This document shows, in pieces, positions 40,428 through 48,340 of a DNA stretch of 64,000 nt; position 1 is the first letter of the stretch; the number at the start of each line of letters is the position of its first letter. Source of the stretch: a virus; IMG/VR virus record IMGVR_UViG_3300034200_001896, positions 1 to 64,000 of that record; one strand, 5' to 3'. The notes beneath the pieces were generated by a model, which ran no database searches, had not been told where the DNA came from, and worked only from the letters and a program-made list of their open reading frames with translations. Made by a program: the position numbers and the translations under genes.

Positions 40428-40712
40428 ATGACAGCGACTGAGAGGAATTATAGAAAGTATCTTGGCAAGCTTTATTGGTCTACTAACAGAGGTTCGCTTG
40501 TGACTATCGAAGCAGTTAAACGTTCACAATACGGTAACCGTTGGAAATTTGATATATTCTATATGAATGCCAACGTTGGACAGCAGACTAGAAAGATTGA
40601 TTGTGTAAGAATAGCCAACCTAATTAAAGAAGGTACTTGGATTCCAGCAGACCAGTATATCAAAAACCCGCCTCCCGCTGTCAAGCTGAAAGTAGCAGAA
40701 AAAAGTTGTTGA
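40428..40712 (+). CDS. Hypothetical protein, IGKLF subfamily
   Basis: YRKYLGKLY; RBS GAGGAGG. Confidence 0.7.
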   Translation: MTATERNYRKYLGKLYWSTNRGSLVTIEAVKRSQYGNRWKFDIFYMNANVGQQTRKIDCVRIANLIKEGTWIPADQYIKNPPPAVKLKVAEKSC

Positions 40713-40745
40713 CTTCCTCCACCACTCTGGTATTATCTTCCCATC

Positions 40746-41423
40746 ATGAGCACTTGGAAATACAACCGAATGTATGCAGCACAGGCACGTACTCCTGTTG
40801 AGAAGGTTACGGATGCTACCATCCCCACTCGCATTGATGCTATTCTGAATAACGGTATCTGTAACGATTGGGAAAAGAACTTCTGTACTTCCATTAAGGA
40901 AAGCTTTACCAAGTATCAGGGTCTGACTAAGGGGCAATATGATACGTTTGTGAAGGTTGAACAGCGTTACGATTCTGCTGCTGTTACGGCACGTAATAAC
41001 TGGAATGCCGCTTGGGATGCCAGCAAGAAGGCGAAGTGGGATAAGATGATTGAGTATTATTCCAAGACACCTTACTACAAGGGAGCGACGGATAAGGTTA
41101 GGGTTAATCCTAACTATATCCCCAGCGAAAAGGAATACGCTGCAATCTGCGAAAACAAGTATGCTGTCAAGATGCTTGCCCAGCAGAATATTCCTCCCAA
41201 GTATAAGTGTGGTGAGCTGACTGTGTATAAGGAATATGGTAACTATCGTTTGGCAACTGTTGTTGAAGTTGGCAACGTTGATAGTTGGGTTAAGGGTAGT
41301 CGCACTTACAAGATTAACATCGTGGGTGAAGCTGCCATTAAACTAGTTGAGGAGCGGGATATGTTGTATTACCGTGACTCGATTATCCCCAAGTTGACTA
41401 AAAAGGATGAAGTACCTTTTTAG
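40746..41423 (+). CDS. Hypothetical protein with C-terminal SH3-like domain and acidic EVPF tail
   Basis: WEKNFCTSI...LTKGQ; PKYKCGEL...; ends DEVPF. Confidence 0.7.
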   Translation: MSTWKYNRMYAAQARTPVEKVTDATIPTRIDAILNNGICNDWEKNFCTSIKESFTKYQGLTKGQYDTFVKVEQRYDSAAVTARNNWNAAWDASKKAKWDKMIEYYSKTPYYKGATDKVRVNPNYIPSEKEYAAICENKYAVKMLAQQNIPPKYKCGELTVYKEYGNYRLATVVEVGNVDSWVKGSRTYKINIVGEAAIKLVEERDMLYYRDSIIPKLTKKDEVPF

Positions 41424-41473
41424 TTCACACTGAAAGCCCACTGTGATACTATATACACAGTGCGGCGGCTAGC

Positions 41474-41632
41474 ATGGAAAACAAAACAATGAACAAAGAT
41501 ATCAAGACCCGAGACTATTTCATGTTGCTTATTATCAACGGTGTTACCAAGAGCGGCACCCATAAGGATAAGAAGCGGGAACAAAATAAAAAAGAGTGCA
41601 GAAAAAAGGTTGACACTCGCAGGGAAGATTGA
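41474..41632 (+). CDS. 52-aa basic protein (not in ORF track)
   Basis: MENKTMNKDIKTRDYF...SGTHKDKKREQNKKECRKK; promoter TTCACA-17-TACTAT upstream. Confidence 0.55.
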   Translation: MENKTMNKDIKTRDYFMLLIINGVTKSGTHKDKKREQNKKECRKKVDTRRED

Positions 41633-41736
41633 TAGAATAGATGGGCAGCAGGAAGCAAACAAAAAAGAATAGCAGAAGCCTAAAAGAAAGTGCTAGACAA
41701 GTAGGAAGAAGTGATGTAGAATAGATGATGTAAAAC

Positions 41737-41821
41737 GGACTCGACGGTTGGACTGACCACTCGCTTATAACGAGTTGCACTAGATTGGTGTTGGGATAGG
41801 GTTCGATTCCCTACGGGTCCA
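41737..41821 (+). tRNA. tRNA with UAU (Ile) anticodon and long variable arm, atypical
   Basis: Acceptor GGACTCG/CGGGTCC, anticodon arm ACTCG-CTTATAA-CGAGT, V-arm GCACTA-GAT-TGGTGT, T-arm TAGGG-TTCGATT-CCCTA. Confidence 0.8.
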
Positions 41822-41873
41822 TAGAAGAAAGTAGTTGACAAGTGAATAGCAGTTGATGTATAATAGATGTGTC

Positions 41874-41957
41874 GCCCCCATGGTGGAATCGGTAGACACA
41901 ACAGACTTAAAATCTGTCGTCCGCAAGGGCATCCCCGTTCGACTCGGGGTGGGGGCA
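41874..41957 (+). tRNA. tRNA-Leu(UAA)
   Basis: GCCCCCA/TGGGGGC, ACAGA-CTTAAAA-TCTGT, long V-arm, TTCGACT. Confidence 0.95.
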
Positions 41958-41974
41958 TGATGTAAAGTTGTAAA

Positions 41975-42047
41975 GGGTCTGTAACTCAATGGTTAGAGTA
42001 CTCGCCTTTTAAGCGATAAGTTGTCGGTTCGAGTCCGACCAGACCCA
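41975..42047 (+). tRNA. tRNA-Lys(UUU)
   Basis: GGGTCTG/CAGACCC, anticodon loop CTTTTAA, TTCGAGT. Confidence 0.95.
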
Positions 42048-42049
42048 CT

Positions 42050-42433
42050 ATGAATAAACGTAAAACTCCAATAATTGGAGAATATGAAATTAGAAATTGC
42101 AGCAAACATGGTGAGGTTCGCTATGTGAAAGAATCTAGTGGCTACTGGCGTTGTACGAAATGCAGAAATGCAAATGTTAGCAATCGTAGAGACAAATTGA
42201 AGTTAATGGCAATTGAATATAAAGGCGGGGAATGTCAGAAATGCGGATATAATAAATGTAATAGAGCATTAGCATTTCATCATCTAGACCCAACACAAAA
42301 AGATTTTGGTTTAGCAAAAAGCGGATTAACAAGAAGTTGGGAAAAGATGAAAGAAGAACTTGACAAGTGCATATTGGTATGTCATAATTGTCACGCAGAA
42401 ATACATGATGAAGAACATATAAGAAGTTATTAG
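42050..42433 (+). mobile_element. HNH homing endonuclease in the tRNA cluster
   Basis: CQKCG...AFHHLDP...ELDKCILVCHNCHAEIH. Confidence 0.88.
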
Positions 42434-42434
42434 T

Positions 42435-42508
42435 AGGGGCATAGTTTAATTGGCAAAACCTCTGACTTTGAATCAGATGACGTGAAGGTTCGATTCCTTC
42501 TGCCCCTT
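42435..42508 (+). tRNA. tRNA-Gln(UUG)
   Basis: AGGGGCA/TGCCCCT, TCTGA-CTTTGAA-TCAGA. Confidence 0.93.
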
Positions 42509-42521
42509 TGTTGTGTTGTAT

Positions 42522-42595
42522 TCCCAAGTAGCTCAGTTGGTAGAAGCGCCGAACTGTTAATTCGGATGTCGTTGGTTCGAATCCAACCTTGGGAG
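42522..42595 (+). tRNA. tRNA-Asn(GUU)
   Basis: TCCCAAG/CTTGGGA, CCGAA-CTGTTAA-TTCGG. Confidence 0.95.
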
Positions 42596-42611
42596 CAGGT
42601 AGTATGTAGTC

Positions 42612-42684
42612 GGCCCTATCATCTAGAGGTCTAGGATACCGCCCTTTCAAGGCGATTACGCGAGTTCGAATCTCGCTAGGGTCA
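42612..42684 (+). tRNA. tRNA-Glu(UUC)
   Basis: GGCCCTA/TAGGGTC, anticodon loop CTTTCAA. Confidence 0.93.
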
Positions 42685-42685
42685 T

Positions 42686-42898
42686 ATGGAAATCAAAGAA
42701 GGTGACTTGGTTTGGAATAAATTTAATGGCTATGGGACGGTACTAAAGATTAGGATTGAATATTGCGCCGTCTATTGGTATGCACCGACAAACCCAACAG
42801 AGAACACAAACTATCTTAAACCAGATTATCATGTAAAGTATGTAAGACAGTGGAAACGTAATGTTGAAGATAAATGCAGCGTTAGCTCAATTGGATAG
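42686..42898 (+). CDS. SH3/KOW-like paralog
   Basis: IKEGDLV...GTV...VYW. Confidence 0.7.
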   Translation: MEIKEGDLVWNKFNGYGTVLKIRIEYCAVYWYAPTNPTENTNYLKPDYHVKYVRQWKRNVEDKCSVSSIG

Positions 42899-42901
42899 AG
42901 C
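42876..42901 (+). pseudogene. 5' remnant of a canonical tRNA (Arg-like)
   Basis: GCAGCGT-TA-GCTCAATTGGATAGAGC = acceptor 5' strand plus complete D-arm, then cut off by the HNH gene. Confidence 0.6.
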
Positions 42902-43244
42902 CGTGATGCCTTAGTCTATGGCAATTAGAACAAAGCAATATGCACTTATCAAGTTCTTGTTTTAACCTTTCATCGCTAACCATCTTTGCTCTATCCCATG
43001 CCATATCTTTCTTTGATGGGTCTAAGTGATGAAAATCATAAACAGAGAAATGATATGTCTGTTTGCAATCGTGACATTTATCGCCTTTATCTTTTATGGC
43101 TTTTATTTTTCTCTCTCTCCAACGGTTAATACAATAACTACTAAAACATTTCTTACATCTTGACATAAATCTACCTTTAGTTCCAGCTTTCTTGTAACCG
43201 TTTAATTCATTAATTTCTACTTTACAATCTGTGCAAACTGACAT
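42882..43244 (-). mobile_element. HNH homing endonuclease, paralog of 42050-42433
   Basis: CHDC...DFHHLDP...ELDKCILLCSNCHRLRH; RBS AGGAG. Confidence 0.88.
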
Positions 43245-43258
43245 ATAGTATCTCCTAT

Positions 43259-43327
43259 GCCCCGTGTAGCGGACCTACTAGTTGGTCTTCTAAACCGACA
43301 AAAACCGTTCGACTCGGTTACGGGGTG
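43259..43327 (+). tRNA. tRNA-Arg(UCU) with shortened D-arm, atypical
   Basis: GCCCCGT/ACGGGGT, TTGGT-CTTCTAA-ACCGA, AACCG-TTCGACT-CGGTT; 69 nt. Confidence 0.7.
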
Positions 43328-43368
43328 CTATAGTAAGTAGTTGGGTAAAACAGAAAAGTCTACCTAAA

Positions 43369-43572
43369 ATGACAACAATAAATGTTGGTGATTTGCTGCG
43401 TACTAATAGTTGGTTTGGTGTTGTGATGCGTATAGATGAAGGAAATAATTACGAAGAAACTGCATATATGGTTCACTGGTTCTTCCCTGACAATAGAAAT
43501 CCTATTAGTATGATAAACGGTTATAATGCATTAAAGTATAGAATTAATGTATTGACAATACTTGGAAAGTAG
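43369..43572 (+). CDS. SH3/KOW-like paralog
   Basis: VGDLL...GVV...YMVHW; 3' end encodes TTGACA-17-TATAAT for tRNA-Tyr. Confidence 0.75.
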   Translation: MTTINVGDLLRTNSWFGVVMRIDEGNNYEETAYMVHWFFPDNRNPISMINGYNALKYRINVLTILGK

Positions 43573-43605
43573 TGTATAATATTTTCCCTCACGCTGTGCT
43601 GTTAT

Positions 43606-43688
43606 GGGGATGTTGACAGTAAGGTTACTGACGTGGACTGTAAATCCGCTGCCATTAGGCCAACTAGGTTCATGTCCTAGCATCCCCA
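43606..43688 (+). tRNA. tRNA-Tyr(GUA), atypical D-arm and T-loop
   Basis: GGGGATG/CATCCCC, GTGGA-CTGTAAA-TCCGC, V-arm, T-loop TTCATGT. Confidence 0.8.
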
Positions 43689-43733
43689 TCTTTTTTTCTT
43701 GACTTTCCCTCCAGCTTCGGTATACTAGCCGCC

Positions 43734-44848
43734 ATGTTAAAGACAAGAAAGCTGAATCTAGGTGACTTGGTTGCGGTAACAGAGCATAAAGACAATATCA
43801 CTATTGGAATGATTGTAGAATTTGACGATGCTTATACTACCTACAAGATTGAGTGGTGCAACGGTAAACATATCTGGGCTAAGGCATCGTGGATAACTAC
43901 CCAACAGTACCGTAACATTTTCCTTGACTGGAAGGCACAACTGTTATAGGATACTTCCCGTGAACGACCCTTACATCGGCAAGTTGTTCCTCATGGATTG
44001 GCATCCTCCATCGTTCGGTGTTAACCCGACTCAGCGTATATATCTTTTCATGGTTGTCGGCAAGGGTAAAGAACATCATACCAAGCAAGGTTATATTTGT
44101 GAGTCCCTGACTTCGGGTAGGCAATATATCTACAACGAATACGAGATTATCTCAGGACTTGTGCAATACAAGCAATGGAAGGAGCAAAATAATGTTTGAT
44201 ATCCGCGAAGGTGATAGTTTGTTGGGTTATAGTATTGCTACCAAGGATTATATTGTTGGCATCGTTACTGATATTAAGCTTGACGCAATTGCCCGTAAGC
44301 AGTATAATGTTCATTGGGCTGATGCACAAGTTGGATGGTTGGACCATAACACCGCTGTACGTTTGCGTGAGAAATATCTTGACTTCCGCAACAAGTAGGG
44401 TATAGTGTTTATCATGGATATCAAAATCGGTGACAGTGTTGCGTTCATTGGCAGTGTTGCATCCACTGGTAAATCTTTCAGCTACGTTGGCGTGGTGTCA
44501 AAGATATCTAACCATAACCCTCGTTATTGTGTTTCTTGGAATGACGGTACGGAAACTTACGAAGATAGTCCTGAGATTGCCATTTTCCGAAAACAATACC
44601 TTGACTTCCTCAACAAGTAGGGTATAGTAACTATCATGGATATCAAAGTCGGTGACAGTGTAGCATTTAAGCCTAGGAAAACGTCTAACGAATACGATTT
44701 GGGAATCGTTGTAAATATAATTCCAAACAAAAATTACTGTGTAAAGATAATATGGAATGATGTTGCATTTCCCTCTAGTGAGACTGTTGAGTTAATGGCG
44801 GACGCTCTAGAGTTCCGTCAGATTTATCTTGACCTTCTCGCAAAGTAG
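43734..44848 (+). CDS. Five SH3/KOW-like paralogs (43734-43949, 43960-44199, 44192-44398, 44414-44620, 44636-44848)
   Basis: GD(L/S)V...G(M/I/V)V...W motif; four of the five start 7 nt after a -10 box. Confidence 0.8.
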
Positions 44849-44866
44849 GGTATAGTAGTAATCATG
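44375..44866 (+). repeat. Three copies of a ~42-bp gene-junction/promoter repeat (44375, 44597, 44825)
   Basis: TAYCTTGACYT...CAA(C)AAGTAGGGTATAGT.....ATCATG. Confidence 0.85.
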
Positions 44867-45205
44867 AAAGCGACCGATTGCGTTGAGTGCGGAGAGCAGT
44901 TCAATCTTTATTCCCCTGAGAAGCGCAGGACAGGCGGTAAAGCTAATACTTGTCCCCTGTGTAGTGAGGAGACTGCCGTTAAATATGCGGGAGTCTCAGC
45001 AGGTGAAGGCAAGATGGGTAGTGTGCAGGTATTGAAGTTTTCCTCTAATGCTGACCGTGCAGCTTATCTTTCATTCTGGAAAGCTACAAGCGGTATGAAT
45101 ACAGGCAAGAACTGTCAGATGCAGTTTCGTGCCAAGGAACCAAACGTAAAGTTTAAGACTGTCGCAACCTTTACAGGCAACGTAAATCACAAGGGGAAGG
45201 CATAA
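44864..45205 (+). CDS. Zn-finger hypothetical protein; predicted leaderless
   Basis: CVECG...CPLC. Confidence 0.7.
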   Translation: MKATDCVECGEQFNLYSPEKRRTGGKANTCPLCSEETAVKYAGVSAGEGKMGSVQVLKFSSNADRAAYLSFWKATSGMNTGKNCQMQFRAKEPNVKFKTVATFTGNVNHKGKA

Positions 45206-45373
45206 TGTCTGACGTACTTTCGTCTAAGTATCTTACCCGTGATAATCGTCCAACCATTCGTCAACTGTTTGAGAAACTTGGAATCAACAAAGGCGAGCAT
45301 GATGAAAATGTTAGGGCAGCACTTGAAGAACTTATTACGTTGAGAAATCACAAGGGAAGGAGTTGATAATACA

Positions 45374-45604
45374 ATGCTTATTGAAAATAAGAAAAATCTG
45401 GATATCAAAACCTTAGATTCTATCAACAGCGGCGCTGCTTTTTGTTTTTATGAAAGTCACTTGGGCAAAGGTATATATATGAAAACTGCTCTACCGCCCA
45501 ATGGTAAGAAGTACGCTATAGTATCTCTTGAAGATGGAGAGATTGAGGAATATGATAGGTCGGTGAGAGTGACCGTCCTTAATGCAAAGGTAGTTATAGA
45601 CTAA
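45374..45604 (+). CDS. Hypothetical protein
   Basis: RBS AGGAG; 76 aa. Confidence 0.6.
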   Translation: MLIENKKNLDIKTLDSINSGAAFCFYESHLGKGIYMKTALPPNGKKYAIVSLEDGEIEEYDRSVRVTVLNAKVVID

Positions 45605-46197
45605 CCAATATATCTATCTTGCTTTGATATATTGTCCTTTGCCCAAAGAGGTTGGAGATTATCTAAACTCCAGCACTTAAGAAAGTTCTCGTCCTCTATA
45701 GAATCAAACGGCAACCAAGATTGAGGTATGATGTGGTCAATATGCCATTCACCGTGGTTATCCCATGTCATACCTTCTTTAAACTTGCTTTCAAGATGCT
45801 TACGCAAATCATCAGGGGTATAACCAAGACGTTCAAATATCTTCTTTGAAGGCCAACCATTCTTTAGGGCACGCTTGATAGAAACAAAAAGGTTCTTATA
45901 CCAACCTCTAACTTCATATGACTTCTTCCAGTGTTTCCTCTGTATCTCTTTATAGCGTTCTGGATTCTGTTCCTTCCAGCGTTTTGTATTCTCTCTTTGA
46001 CGTTCCTTATTACCTTTTCTCCATTGACGGGAACGCTGATTAATGGTATCTTTGTTTTGTAGAGAGTAGTCCTTATCTTTAGAATGTTTGCAGGAACGAC
46101 ATATACTTTGATGCCCGTCTTTCTTTGTGGCATCCTTATTGAAATCAGCAAGTGACTTTTCTTCTTGACATACACGGCAAAGTTTGGTAGTATCCAT
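45601..46197 (-). mobile_element. HNH homing endonuclease
   Basis: CRVC..EK...CRSC; GMTWDNHGEWHIDHIIP...NLQPLWAKDNISK; start 6 nt after minus-strand ACTACTTA. Confidence 0.9.
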
Positions 46198-46252
46198 ATA
46201 CAGTAAGTAGTCAATCGGATAAGAATAGACCAAAGAAAGTGAGGAGATAATA

Positions 46253-46345
46253 ATGGGACATCCAAAGAAAAACCGCCCACGCAAGGGACGCAGGAAGATT
46301 GGTAGCAAGAAGCGTAAGGCTCAGAGCAATAACCGAAAGAAGTAA
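46253..46345 (+). CDS. 30-aa very basic peptide (not in ORF track)
   Basis: MGHPKKNRPRKGRRKIGSKKRKAQSNNRKK; strong RBS GAGGAG. Confidence 0.7.
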   Translation: MGHPKKNRPRKGRRKIGSKKRKAQSNNRKK

Positions 46346-46348
46346 ACC

Positions 46349-46522
46349 ATGAAAAGACTTAAGCGTGGCGACCTAGCTTGGATGATTTTTGATGGTAAGC
46401 AAAGCATGGTAATGATTACGGAGTGCAGATACAAGACTGATGTTTATCTTTGTGCCCCTGTTGCCGTAGCGCATCATGCATCATGGGTGTCAGGCTTTAG
46501 GTTGGAGCGTATAGTACCGTAA
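46349..46522 (+). CDS. SH3/KOW-like paralog (57 aa, not in ORF track)
   Basis: LKRGDLAW...VMI...Y. Confidence 0.6.
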   Translation: MKRLKRGDLAWMIFDGKQSMVMITECRYKTDVYLCAPVAVAHHASWVSGFRLERIVP

Positions 46523-46713
46523 GGATTGCCTCCCCCTGCCACTACCGTAGTAGGGTGGGGGGAGGTCGTGAAAAAAACAAAATTTCCTGTGCAGCCAGCC
46601 GCCGTTAAGGCGGTATTCTAGTATATATTAGTACATATATATATGTATGGGGTAGTGGCGGCTAGCTCTTGACAGGGTACTACTGTAGTGGTAGAGTAGG
46701 AGGGGGCTACAGA

Positions 46714-47049
46714 ATGTATTATTCTTTTAGACAAAACAACAGCGGCGGTAGATTTCAAGGTCCAGCAAACACTGTATGGGTAGAAGCTGATAGCGCAGAG
46801 GAAGCTAACAATATATTTACAACTCTGGATAACTGTTACTTCGACCCTGACTTTCAGTTTGACTGTGGATGCTGCCGTGCTCGTTGGTATGAGGCAGACG
46901 AGCAGGCTGCTAAATCACACTACGATATGTTGCGGGAGATAGATAGAGATATTAATAGTGAATGGAAATCAATGAGTGATTTGATTGGCAGAAACAAGAT
47001 TCCACAGCATATGGTAAGGCACAAGAATGGCACCGTCCAGTTTATCTAA
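46714..47049 (+). CDS. Conserved phage protein (QNNSGG family)
   Basis: FRQNNSGG...VEADSAEEAN...DCGCCRARW. Confidence 0.75.
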   Translation: MYYSFRQNNSGGRFQGPANTVWVEADSAEEANNIFTTLDNCYFDPDFQFDCGCCRARWYEADEQAAKSHYDMLREIDRDINSEWKSMSDLIGRNKIPQHMVRHKNGTVQFI

Positions 47050-47236
47050 AAACATAGGTAGACTATGCATCGATGCTCTCAAAGGCACCATGTATATGAT
47101 TGTCGGTGTTGAATGTGAAATTAATTCATCGCCTAAATATATACTATACAATGTTCAAAGCGGTGTAAGGTTTTCGTTGTATGTAAACGCTCTTGACAAC
47201 CCCAACCTCGTCAAATGGCTGACGCCACCTCGATGA
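47027..47236 (+). CDS. IGKLF-subfamily small protein
   Basis: KNIGRLC...YMIVG...Y. Confidence 0.6.
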   Translation: MAPSSLSKNIGRLCIDALKGTMYMIVGVECEINSSPKYILYNVQSGVRFSLYVNALDNPNLVKWLTPPR

Positions 47237-47336
47237 CACGTCAGAAAAATGACGTGACAGAAGTTTGACATGTCAGAAATTTGACGTTAGCTGCTGTAAA
47301 GAAAGTTTGCTTCCTGTCAAAAATTTGACAGGAAGC
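47209..47336. repeat. Tandem array of six 16-bp palindromes YGTCA-N6-TGACR
   Basis: Units at 47209, 47223, 47239, 47255, 47271, 47315; the last sits inside the inverted repeat GCTTCCTGTCAAA-AA-TTTGACAGGAAGC. Confidence 0.85.
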
Positions 47337-47454
47337 TCCAATCCAATACACTAATAATATCATGGGTTTAGCGTTTCGTCAATGAAAGTCTTTGACCCTT
47401 GTAACCATGCGGAATCATTAGGGAAAGAGAATATTGGCGCGCCGTTTTTCCCCT

Positions 47455-47556
47455 TGTCCACCTATCTTTTTCCACCGTCACCACCATGAGACTGTCACAC
47501 GGATGCGACACCGTGAAAACCGGTTGCTTGCAAGCGTGGCCGTTTCGTGAGAATAT
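47455..47556. promoter_or_regulatory. Double operator-promoter module 6
   Basis: Sites 47476-93 and 47493-510; TTGCAA(47528)-17-GAATAT. Confidence 0.75.
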
Positions 47557-47600
47557 ATGTCCACTTCAAACGACGGACTAACCGAAAGGCAAACGAAACT

Positions 47601-48254
47601 ATGAACCTGAATCTTAAGTGGACCATGGGCAACGCAAAGCTTGTCAAGACCTCCGGTGAGGCTTACCGTGTACTTGGCTTTGGCATCCCTGCCGATATGT
47701 CTTTCGATGGTGGCAATACTTGTCCCGGTGCTAACGCTTGCCGTGGAGTGTGCTACGCTAAGCAGGGACGTTATATCATGGCAGGGGTTAAGAATGCTCG
47801 GATGCATAACTTCAATGCCTCCCGTGATTATGTTTCCTTCGTTGTGTCTGCCATTGCTGACCTGACCCGTTTGACTAAGCGTTATAACGTGGTTCGTTTG
47901 CACGATAGCGGGGACTTCTACTCTCAAGAATATCTCAACGCTTGGAAGGCTATTGCGTTTGCTTTCCCTAACACTATCTTTTATGCTTACACTAAATCTC
48001 TGCACCTTGACATTGAGAGCGATAAGCCTGCTAATCTTCGCATCGTTCAGTCTCTCGGTGGCAAGTATGATGCAAAGCTTAACCTTAATCTCCCTCACTC
48101 CCGTATCTTTTCCACTGACGAGGACCGCATTGCAGCGGGATACATTGACGGTAACGTGAGTGACATTCCGGCAATCGAGGGAGAGATTAATATTGGTTTG
48201 GTTTATCACGGTGTCCGCAAGCTTACGTCTGCACAGAATGAGTTTTTCCGCTAA
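47601..48254 (+). CDS. Phage Gp88-like protein (radical-SAM-like Cys motif)
   Basis: GNAKL, TCPGANACRGVCYA, VRLHDSGDFYS, FYAYTK. Confidence 0.8.
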   Translation: MNLNLKWTMGNAKLVKTSGEAYRVLGFGIPADMSFDGGNTCPGANACRGVCYAKQGRYIMAGVKNARMHNFNASRDYVSFVVSAIADLTRLTKRYNVVRLHDSGDFYSQEYLNAWKAIAFAFPNTIFYAYTKSLHLDIESDKPANLRIVQSLGGKYDAKLNLNLPHSRIFSTDEDRIAAGYIDGNVSDIPAIEGEINIGLVYHGVRKLTSAQNEFFR

Positions 48255-48267
48255 TCATTAACATAAT

Positions 48268-48306
48268 GCCGCTGCCCTAGCGATTGATGCTAGGGTTTGC
48301 GGCGGC
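48268..48306. terminator. GC-rich hairpin
   Basis: GCCGCTGCCCTAGC...GCTAGGG..GCGGCGGC. Confidence 0.65.
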
Positions 48307-48340
48307 TGTAACGTCCCTTTACACCGGAAATATGGCGCGC

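Noticed and set aside
41544-42650. Minus-strand ORFs over the tRNA cluster
   Set aside because: Translations such as VGFEPT and EGIEPS are typical artefacts of reverse-complemented tRNA genes
42901-43258. Self-splicing intron splitting a tRNA
   Set aside because: The HNH is antisense, no group I/II core is recognisable, and the 5' fragment's acceptor strand does not pair well with the downstream tRNA 3' end
47209-47336. CRISPR array
   Set aside because: Units are 16-bp degenerate palindromes with no unique 25-40 nt spacers; no cas genes
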